Shown: piece after piece, positions 54,185 to 64,000 of the stretch
How positions within the stretch are numbered: position 1 is the stretch's first letter
Layout of the letters: the number at the start of each line of letters is the position of its first letter
Made by a program: the position numbers and the translations under genes
Origin: Octopus sinensis
Lineage: Eukaryota
Assembly (NCBI RefSeq): GCF_006345805.1
Contig: NC_042998.1
Span: 151,342,001 to 151,406,000 of the forward strand
Direction: 5' to 3'
DNA length: 64,000 bases
The notes under the pieces: generated by a model
Seen by the model: only the letters and a program-made list of their open reading frames with translations
Databases searched by the model: none
Told to the model about the DNA's origin: nothing

Positions 54185-54249
<65 letters not shown>

Positions 54250-54370
54250 ACATATATATATATTATATATATGTACATACATACATAAATGTATACATAT
54301 ATACATGTGCATATACATGAAATACATATATATATGCATACACATATATACACACATATACATATATATG

Positions 54371-54748
54371 TGGAGGTGCAATGGCCTAGTGGTTAGGGTA
54401 GCGGGCTCGTGAACGTGGGATCACAGTCTCGATTCTCAGAGGGGACGTGGTGAGTGTTTATTGAGCGAAAATGCCCCAAGCTACACGAGGCAGGGTGTGA
54501 TGGCGAACTCTGCTGTACTATGTCACCTCAAATTTCTCTCACTCTTTCTTCTTGTTTCTGTTGTGCCTGTATTTCGAAAGGCCAGCCTTGTCACACTTTG
54601 AGTCACACTGAATCTCGCAAGAACTACGTTTAGGGTATACGTGTCTGTGGAGTGCTTGGCCACTTACACGTTAATTTCACGAAGCAGGCAGTTCCGTTGA
54701 TCGGGTCAACTAGAACCCTCGTCGTCGTAACCGACGGAGGGCCGTGAC
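54371..54748 (+). mobile_element. tRNA-derived SINE, family C, full length
   Basis: A-box-like TGGCCTAGTGG, B-box-like TCTCGATTCTC, shared core GAGTGTTTATTGAGCGAAAA. Confidence 0.85.
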
Positions 54749-54965
54749 GACATATATATATATACATATATATATGCACATACATACATGTATACATACA
54801 TATATACATGTGCATATGTATGTGCATATATATGTATACGCATATATATGTACATATACATGTACACACACACATATATATATATATACGCATATATATA
54901 TATACATACATATATACATACATACATACATACATGCATACATATATACATACATACATACATAT

Positions 54966-55035
<70 letters not shown>

Positions 55036-55198
55036 GCGTATTCATTTACACATTTATATATATGTGTTTACATGAATGCATATTGATAGATATGAGGATA
55101 GATATGGAGATGGAGAGATATATTGAGAGAGAAATGTAATATATACCATTGTAACTTGTACAATCCCTTATCTGGACGTGTCTGGAGAATTTATACTG

Positions 55199-55236
<38 letters not shown>

Positions 55237-55909
55237 GTGTATGTGTGTGCGTGTGTGCAAATATTTAATGATTTACTCCTTGGATCATTTGGAAACGGCA
55301 AAATAGTCACAGCCTAATATTTGCTTTTATAATTAAATCTGTGACTCTTCACTTGTAAAAGGCTTTCTTATTAATGTCGCTGTTGTTGCAGCTGTTACAC
55401 ATATTGTTGTTGCACGTGCTGCTCCTGCTGCTGCTACTCTTCCTGTATTTGGAATTGCATCTTACACTTTTTGCATTATAAATATGTTCTACAGTTGTAG
55501 ATTTTAGATTTTTAGTTATCGGTTATTTCTTTAAAAATCTGTGTAACCCCAAGCTACCAAAATGACCAAAAACCTAATTATGGTCACCAGACACATCACC
55601 TCAGACCAACGAATGTCATCATTAATGCTACAAGCTTGAAGAGGAATTATCTATTCTGTCCATGTGGTCGTGTCACCTGGAAAATGGTTCTGGACCATTC
55701 CTAACACAGCGACCCCCTTCCACTAAGTGGTGTTTTACAAACGCTCCCATTCTTGTTTTGCAAGAAAAAAAAATTAATTTAGTCGAAGTAAATTTTGCAC
55801 TGCGGGATGTATTATATATATATTGATAAAAACGGTAAGATAACAAAAGAAAGAAAGAGACCTCGATATTATGTAAATATAGGAATTTATTTGTAAATGT
55901 ATGTAGCCA

Positions 55910-55972
55910 AGATAAAACTCCGAGTTTCGGATGCCGAGGTGGAAATCCACGCCACCATCTCTTCACTTATCC
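55910..55972 (-). ncRNA. Hammerhead-like fold (core GTGAAGA, GUU site)
   Basis: ggataa GTGAAGA gatg..gtgga-tt-tccac..catcc GAAA ctcggag TT ttatct; the downstream flank recurs at 43703-43765. Confidence 0.45.
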
Positions 55973-56315
55973 GGCAATCGGAAAAACGCATAACACTACA
56001 TTCCAAACCACAGTGTGGTTTTGGCTCGACATACTTTGAAATTGAGTGAGATACAAAACGAAGAAAATGAATGAAACGTCGTTTTGGATTTACTAATTAC
56101 TTTATATTAATTAAAAATATCCCCGAAGAATTCAGCGGGGGGATTAGCTAAATGAAATTTAACTCACTTATATGATTCGGGTAAAAATGTGTTGAATGGA
56201 ATGTATTCTCAAAGACCTATCTTCTGCGGTTATAATACGATAAAGTGCTCGATATACATACGTGCAATATACACACATATGCACACACACAATCATATAT
56301 ATATACATACATACA

Positions 56316-56480
56316 GGCACAGGAGTGCTGTGTGGTAAGTAGCTTACTTACCAACCACATGGTTCCGTGTTCAGTCCCACTGCGTGACACCTTGAGCAAG
56401 TATCTTCTACTATAGCCTCGGATCGACCAAAGCCTTGTGAGTGGATGTAGTAGACGGAAAGTGAAAGAAGCCCCTCGTAT
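56316..56480 (+). mobile_element. SINE family A, 5' half
   Basis: Similarity to 6997-7160. Confidence 0.85.
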
Positions 56481-57475
56481 GTATATATATATTATATATA
56501 TATATATATATATACAACATATGTGGGAAATTTTGTCTGTGGGTGTGTTTGTGGAGTTGTTAGCTAACTCCTACATCGTTTTATCGATTTTGATGAAACT
56601 TGACACGTGAGTAGAACTCTTGTCTAGAAACCTCATGGCATACTCAGATTGTTGAAAAAATTAATAAGGCCCCCAGAAGGAATCCTTATATATATCTAAT
56701 ATATCTAAGATATTTTATTTTAAAAGCCAAGGAAAATAATCCATTCATTTTCTTAAATTATTTGGTATAAATCAAATTGAGTATGCTTATTTCTTAGTAT
56801 TTGAACTGTTAGAGTTATTTTCGCAATTTATCCAGTACAACCCTTAAACAAGTAAATAGCATTTTCCTAAACAATAAGTCCAGTTATTTCGGCTAGTGAC
56901 TTATTCTTGAATATACCAACACTAGCGCCCTTGAGCGTAATGTTGTCTGGAAACACACAAAAACCCTTTTCAGAGTTATTTACTTTGAATTGGTATTATC
57001 TCATATCTGATTAGCCTGTTATTACGTAACATGCTTCACGATTTTAGTATACATACCTTATTAGTATTTCTTCCTATGTTCTATATACTCTGGGAACGCA
57101 TTAAAGACTTTTTTTGGGTTACTTTATTTGAATTCTTACTATCGGGTAACTAATTTCATGTTATTACATAACTGACTTCACAATTTGGGTATTCATAACT
57201 TATTGGGAATTCTTAAAAACAAGATCCTGTGTAAGACAATTCGGTATTCTCTGTAAATGCACAAAAACCGTTTTAAGGGCTACATACTTTGTATCATTAT
57301 TGTATTAGCGAAGCAATTATGAGATCAGAACCCAGGGATAAGCCCCGCTTTTCCGGATATTACTGGGTACGTCAGCTAGTATATATATGTGTGTGTGTGT
57401 GTTTGTGTGTTTGTGTTTGTCCCCCCCACACACACACACAGAGCATCGCTAGGCAACCGATGCTGGTGAGTTTAC

Positions 57476-57564
57476 GAAGAAGAAGAAGAAGAAGAAGAAG
57501 AAGAAGAAGAAGAAGAAGAAGAAGAAGAAGAAGAAGAAGAAGAAGAAGAAGAAGAAGAAGAAGA
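57476..57564. repeat. Pure (GAA)n tract of about 29 units adjoining a SINE A fragment
   Basis: Directly visible. Confidence 0.97.
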
Positions 57565-57697
57565 TTGACAGATGATTCATTATGTGTGACAGAAGCATCG
57601 TTAATTTAAATTAGAAACCTGTGCATCATACTCAATGCAAATACATGGTTGAATGTCTAATTTACTGCGGTGCTCGTCCTGTGATATCTTTTATTGA

Positions 57698-57910
57698 TGG
57701 TGAGCTGGCAGAAACGTTAGCACGTCGGCCGAAATGCTTAGCGGTATTTCGTCTGTCTTTACGTTCTGAGTTCAAATTCCGCCGAGGTCGACTTTGCCTT
57801 TCATCCTTTCGGGGTCGATAAATTAAGTACCAGTTGTGTACTGGTGTTGATGTAATCGACTGGCACCCTCCCCCAAAATTTCGAGCCCTGTGTCTAGAGT
57901 AGAAAAGAAT
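57698..57910 (+). mobile_element. SINE family B, full length
   Basis: GGTGGTGAGCTGGCAGAAACGTTAGC head, GAGTTCAAATTCC B box, conserved core and tail. Confidence 0.9.
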
Positions 57911-58769
57911 ATTTTTTATTGGGGTACAATGTTAGAAACCAACGAAAATCGTCCAGGTGTGCAGATGACATTTCTAAATGCTCATTTCAACCTCCCGGGC
58001 ATCATCAGTGGCAATTACCACTTGCATTCTTCAGTGAAAGTCTGGTGTATTCCAGAGATAATAAATTGAAGCAAGAGACTGCAGTAAAAAGTCAAAGAGG
58101 TCAGAATTTACATGGAAGTCCAATTTGTACACAAGTGAATTAAATATAAGGACTGAAGTTATAAATCCAGTAAACATATCCGCATTACGCAAGGGGCCCT
58201 GGAAGTTATGCATCTACTGTAAAGCTCTCCTATAAGCATAAACCAGGGTTTCATTATGAAGTATATAAAAGATCAAGAAAACAATCTCACTAATTACTTA
58301 CTCTAAGGAAATGAGGTCTTTCAAGAAGTAATCCGAAATATACCGTAGACAGCTCGACTGTTCTGGAATGTGTTGAGAAACCCTTATATTGACAAGTCAG
58401 GATTTGATTCCGTAGCAAACCACATAACCTGTAGTTTGTTACTAAAGGTAGAAATCATATCTGCTTTGGTCCCTTCAAGACCACCTACTTAAACAACGAT
58501 GCATCTTTTGTCTTCTGCATAAGGCAATATGCCACCACGATTTTTCATAATTCTTGACAGAAATATTGCCCATGGGCAAAAATTCTTGCAAATTAGGTAA
58601 AAATTAGCAGCGTAGATGAGGTAGTTTAGTACACTCTTAGTCAACGCTTTGTGACTGGAGTGGAGTATTGTTCAGCTGGAGATGACGATGGTCACGTTCT
58701 CAGATTGACTTTACTCTCGTACTAAATAAATATAATTCTTGCTTTTAATACACACGAATATATATATTT

Positions 58770-58955
58770 CTTTTACTTGTTTCAGCCATTTGACTGCGCC
58801 CATACTGAAGCACTGCCTTTAGTCGAGAAAATCGACCCCAGGACTTCTTTGTATGCCTAGTACTAATTCTACCGGACCCTTTTGCTGAACCGCTAAGTTA
58901 CGGGGACAACATGCCAACATCGGTTGTCAAGTGATAGTGAGGAGACAAACACGAA
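58770..58955 (-). mobile_element. SINE family A, 3' half
   Basis: Similarity to 5941-6140. Confidence 0.8.
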
Positions 58956-59022
58956 CACACATTTACATACATACACACTCATACATACATATTTATATAT
59001 ATATAGATGTATATATATGCAT

Positions 59023-59094
<72 letters not shown>

Positions 59095-59159
59095 TGTATA
59101 TATAAATATATATATATACATATATATATATACATACATATATATATACACACACACAC

Positions 59160-59820
59160 ACATCACATCACAGCTTATTCCTCGTTACACGAGAAAAGCC
59201 ATTGCCAAGAAGACTTACTGAATTAATTCATTATTGCTGCCATGTGATGCCCCTATGTGACTTTTAAGCCCGGCCAAGATTTTACACATTTTATTACGTA
59301 CTAGACAACTGTGCTGGCTGGCAGGAAAAACAGGTGCTACCATATGCACTTTCTTAACATGTCTTTTTAGACATCCAACTGAGAGGCACACCCTTCCACA
59401 TTTTACACACGTTCTGTGATGAATTTTAATAGCCACATCATTGTTTATCATGGCTCGATTTCTATAAGAATTTTGATGGCTCACCAGGCCTGCACGACTC
59501 AAACACCTCCGCCAAACCACACACATAAAAAACAACACTCTCTCACTTTTCACTGGCTCCCCCCTTCTAAGCCCCCTCCTAATTATCTCATACTTCACCC
59601 TCTCCCTCTCAAACCTAGAACAACCATCATGCACTATCTTCCTCCATCCATCATGATCTTGTTCCTCCCTCTCCCAATTACCAGCTGCAATTCCTGTTTG
59701 CATTAGAGCATTTTAAAAGCAATCCTTAAACCTTAATTTAGTTTTATGCGCTGGTCTTTTGCCATCTTCCAGCTCACCATACAATAGCTGCTTGGAAAGT
59801 CGCTCATCCCTCATCCTTAG
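59160..59820 (-). mobile_element. 3' end of an RTE-like LINE with three C2H2-type fingers
   Basis: RMRDERLSKQLLYGELEDGKRPAHKTKLRFKD, WE...D..GWRKIV, CVVWRRCLSRAGLVSH, CVKCGRVCLSVGCLKRHVKKVH. Confidence 0.8.
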
Positions 59821-60224
59821 CAAATGTCCCCCCCCCACCTCAGAAATCTTTGCAAAAATCATTGACTACACTTCTACTGCCATTCCTCTCAAGCACCTCC
59901 ACATTACTAATGACCATTTTCCAGTTTATTCCCCAAATTTTTCTCAGACAGTATTGATGAAATCCTTCCAATTGTCTTACCTACTTACGGTAAACGACCC
60001 ATGCCTCACTTTCATATAGCAAAGATGGGAGAACGCATGTGTTATATACCTTAACTTTAATTTGTGAAGATATATTATGTATATATTGCATTTTAATCTG
60101 TGTGTGTATTGTAAATACTGTATTTCAGCATGTATGTGTACATATTGTATATTGTGTTTTTTAAATTGTATATATGGTATGTCAGTCTTACATTTAATTT
60201 TACTTAGTTTTTATATACACACAC

Positions 60225-60255
<31 letters not shown>

Positions 60256-60275
60256 GATGTGTGTGTATGTATGTA

Positions 60276-60326
<51 letters not shown>

Positions 60327-60526
60327 TTTAGAAAGATACATAGATAGATTGATAGATAAATACGACGGGCTTCTTTCAGTTTCCGTCTACTAAGTCCACT
60401 GACAAGGTTTTGGTCGGCTCAAGGTTATAGCAGGAGTGGGTGAGTAGTAAGAAGCTTGCTTCCAACTACATGGTTCCGGGTTCAGTCTCACTGTGTGATA
60501 TCTTGTGAGTGGATTTGGTAGCCTGT

Positions 60527-60575
<49 letters not shown>

Positions 60576-60581
<6 letters not shown>

Positions 60582-60722
60582 GTCTGATGAACGGCAACGA
60601 GAAACTCAGAGTAACAGATTTTGTTGAATTTTTTGCTGCTTTAAATAAAGCATATTACTCTACCACTGGTATTTGAGTACTCTTTTTTCCACCTTGTTTC
60701 ACATTTATGTGTTTACTCCGGT
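60576..60722 (+). mobile_element. Penelope-like terminal repeat with hammerhead at 60576-60622 (core CTGATGA, GUA site)
   Basis: aaaattgt CTGATGA a cg-gcaa-cg a GAAA ct-cag-ag TA acag(a)tttt; related to 40115 and to 47820-48005. Confidence 0.7.
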
Positions 60723-60867
60723 ATATATATATATATTTATATTATTTAAATATATAACAAAATTATTAAAAAGAGATAAAAATATTAATAATAATTATAA
60801 TAATTTTGTTAGTAATAGTGGTAAAAATATTAGAAATTATAAAAATAAAAATAATATAAATAAAAAT

Positions 60868-60882
60868 ATGAATAAAAATAAA

Positions 60883-60914
<32 letters not shown>

Positions 60915-61635
60915 TAAAAATAAAATTAATAACTTTAATAATTCTTTAAATGTTGATTATAAATATAAATTTGATAATAATAATAATATTAATATGATAA
61001 AGAAATATAATTACAACAATAATAATGACAGTTTTAATAATAATAAGAAGGAAAATAAGAATAAAATTTGGTTAATAGTTCCTTATGGTGCTCAAGTTAA
61101 AACGAACATTATTAAAAAGATTTTAGATATTATTGATTTATTTATTCGAGATAATCGTAAATATAAAAAAATTTTCTCTAGTAATAATCTTGGAGTAGGT
61201 TATTCCACCACTAATAGTGTAGGTAACTTTATTTCTTCCTTTAACAAATTTAAACGGAATATTTTTTATAAAAATAAATTATTTAATAATACCAATAATA
61301 AAGACAAGACACTAATTAACTGTACATGTAGAGATAAATCTAAATGTAAATTGAATAATAAATGTGATACTAATGATGTAGTGTATAAATGTATAGTTAC
61401 ATTACATGATAAGAATATTAAGAATAATAATAACTCAAACGCGATATATATAGGGTCCACTTCCTCTAAAATAAAATTAAGAATCGCACAACATTTGAAT
61501 TCATTTAAAAATAAAAACTTAATTAACTCAACTGGACTTAGCAAGTACATTTGGAGACTGAATAACTGTGATGAGCGCAAAATAAAATGCAGACACAAGT
61601 TACTTTACTTATATAATAAATTTCTTGATAAATGA
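60868..61635 (+). CDS. Penelope-like C-terminal linker plus GIY-YIG endonuclease, 255 aa from the first ATG (frame open from 60673), Asn-rich N-terminus, no RT
   Basis: KIWLIVPYGAQVKTNI...KIFSSNNL..GYS, CTCRDKSKCKLNNKC, VVYK, IYIGST, KLRIAQH, STGLSKYIW, CRH: the conserved PLE motif order. Confidence 0.85.
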
Positions 61636-62165
61636 TAATTATTTATTAGCCTTAATTAGCTCCCTATTAATTGTTTTATGTAATAGTATTATAAATATAC
61701 CAGGTGATTTGTAGTAATATTATAATAGTTTATTTTAGTTATTTAGGTTATGTTTTTAATTATAGTTAGATTATAGATGGTTTTTCATTTTATTACTAAA
61801 TATTTTATTACTAAATAATGATTATTTAATGGTATATTGAATATTGAGTCTGGTAAGTTACAATTTTATTTATTTTATATATTTTGTTATATTTCTATTA
61901 TAACTTCGTTAAATTATAATTTTGATATATTAATCTATTTGTATGTAATCTCTTTATATTTGAAATAGTTTTATTTAGTTGTTTATTTAATCCATTTTAT
62001 TTAATATAGAAGTATAGATTAGTAGATTAATTTTTTAGATTTAACTTAATATTTACCTCTATTTTGTATTGTAGTATGATTATAGACTTTTATATATCTA
62101 TTTATTTATAATATATGTGGATATGTGGTGTTTGTATATATGTGTATTTGATGATGTGTGTGTAT

Positions 62166-62207
<42 letters not shown>

Positions 62208-62963
62208 CATTATTTATTTGTATGTGTGTGGGTGTGTATATATTGGTGTAAGTGTATATATTGAGTATTGTATGTATGTACATGTATGTATGAGTGTGCA
62301 TATGTGTATGGGTGTAAGTGTGTGTATATATGTGTGTATATATGTATATGAATGTATGTGAGTATGTATGTATATGTGTATGTATATGTATGTATATGTG
62401 TATATGTGTATATATGTATATATATGTGTATATGTATGGATATTTTCTTATATAGTTATGTATACGTATGTATAGTTATACTACAAATTTTGATTAGTAT
62501 ATATAGATTTGTTATGATCACTAATTTTAGCTTATAATTATAAGGGTATGGGAAAAAATATATAATATGTAGTGGGGTTACTATATAAATTAATGTTTAT
62601 GTATTTATTAATCTTATTAGATTTTTAGAATATATTTAATAATAAGTGGTTTTTAATCATTTAATTTATTTTGTATTAAAGTTTCATTTATCATAGTTAT
62701 TTTATTAATAAATATTATAGTATAGATAGATTTTATTCTTTATTTGTGAATTCATTCTTTTTACAATGATAAACATATAATTTTCCATTCATAATCTTTA
62801 ATAAACGTAGGTTCTTCACGCGTAATGAATTCTTTAACAATTTATTCTTTTTTTTTTTGCCATAACGTAATTCCATGAGTATTCTTATAAACGCTGTATA
62901 AGACGTTTTTTGATTCAAAACTTTAGTTCATTGTTTAAACATCGCCAAGACAAATATTTAAAC

Positions 62964-63027
62964 CACCTGATGAATGACTGCGACTCAAAAATTTGAAGAA
63001 GTTAGCAGGCATGAAACGATCGTAGTG
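62964..63027 (+). ncRNA. Type I hammerhead ribozyme with intact core and extended stem II
   Basis: cac CTGATGA atg-a-ctgc-gac...gtt-a-gcag-g-cat GAAA cgatcg TA gtg; stem III is the perfect palindrome ACGATCGT; predicted cut after 63024. Confidence 0.8.
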
Positions 63028-63153
63028 TGAAATTAATTATATTTTTTAAATAATTTTGTTATATATTTAAATAATATAAATTAATCTTATGTATTGGGTA
63101 AGTTTTTCATTGTTTGATTTGCCTAATAGTGGTATTGTCTCTAATTTAATATA

Positions 63154-63374
<221 letters not shown>

Positions 63375-63392
63375 TATATATATATACATAGA

Positions 63393-63535
63393 TGGAGGCG
63401 CAATAGCCCAGTGGTGAGTAGCGGACTCGCGGTTGTAAGATTGCGGTTTCGATTCCCAGACCGGGCGTTGTGAGTTTTTATTGAGCGAAAACACCTAAAG
63501 CTCCACGAGGCTCCGGCAGTGGGGTGGAGATCCTT
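63393..63535 (+). mobile_element. tRNA-derived SINE, family C, 5' part
   Basis: GGAGGCGCAATAGCCCAGTGG, GGTTTCGATTCCC and the shared core. Confidence 0.85.
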
Positions 63536-63554
63536 GTACGTATGTATTTATTTG

Positions 63555-63965
63555 TGTGTCAGTGTTTATCCCCCTGCCAAAGCTTGACAGCCGATGCTGG
63601 TGTGTTTACGTCAGCAAAAGAGACAGATAGAATAAGTGCTAGGCTTACATAGTATAAGCCCTGGAGTCGATTTGTTCGACTAAATGCGGTACTCCAGCAT
63701 GGTCGCAGCCAAATGACCGATAGAAGTAAAAGAATATATATACATCTCTTTTATTCTTTTACTTGTTTCAGCCATTTGACTGCGGCCATACTGGAGCAAA
63801 ACGTTTAGGGCTTTTTTTAGTCGAAGAAATCGACCCCAGGACTTATTCTTTGTAAGCCTGGTACTTATTCTATCGGTGTCTTTTGCTGAACCGCTAGTTT
63901 ACGGGGACATAAACATACCAACATCAGTTGTCTAGCGATTGTAGGGAACAGACAGACACAAAGTT
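63555..63965. mobile_element. Two SINE family A 3' halves, tail to tail (63555-63732 +, 63748-63965 -)
   Basis: Similarity to 7200-7399 in both orientations. Confidence 0.85.
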
Positions 63966-64000
63966 ACACACATCTATATATATTTATATATGTGATGAGC

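Larger units (their letters stand above)
53335..54186 (-). repeat. Tandem dimer of a 389-bp unit (period 463 bp), each unit with a hammerhead fold
   Basis: 53335-53723 and 53798-54186 differ at 2 positions; separated by (TA)n; end fragment also at 47680-47720. Confidence 0.95.
60735..63145 (+). mobile_element. AT-rich Penelope-derived element lacking RT: inverted repeat, GIY-YIG ORF, hammerhead
   Basis: 33-bp perfect inverted repeat 60735-60767 / 63049-63081; (TA)n on both flanks; open endonuclease ORF; intact hammerhead at 62964-63027. Confidence 0.8.

Noticed and set aside
60576-63027. A single RNA delimited by the hammerheads at 60613 and 63024
   Set aside because: The two ribozymes belong to different families, and a TA run plus the inverted-repeat boundary at 60735 separates them; most likely adjacent independent insertions.

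Overview
Eukaryotic, non-genic DNA made almost entirely of microsatellites and decayed transposable elements. The SINE families and extreme (TA)n/(CA)n/(GATA)n load are most consistent with an octopod cephalopod (Octopus); this is inference from recalled repeats, not a database match. I found no supportable host-gene exon, rRNA, tRNA gene or CRISPR array, and most ORFs in the track are simple-repeat artefacts. Recognisable elements: two related Tx1/L1-clade LINE copies plus a third Tx1-like 3' end, an RTE LINE with an inverted 5' part, a second RTE-like 3' end with C2H2 fingers, three mariners, one Tc1, one Tigger/pogo, a 2.4-kb Helitron-bounded composite whose empty site is also in the window, three tRNA-type SINE families and an interstitial TTAGGG-variant array. 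The main hidden layer is about a dozen type I hammerhead-ribozyme folds of several families. They include a near-identical tandem dimer (retrozyme-like), a fold with an apparent compensatory G3-C8 core swap, and an intact hammerhead inside a very AT-rich element (60735-63145). That element is bounded by a 33-bp inverted repeat and keeps an open Penelope-type GIY-YIG ORF but has no reverse transcriptase. All folds were paired by eye; none was computed or tested.
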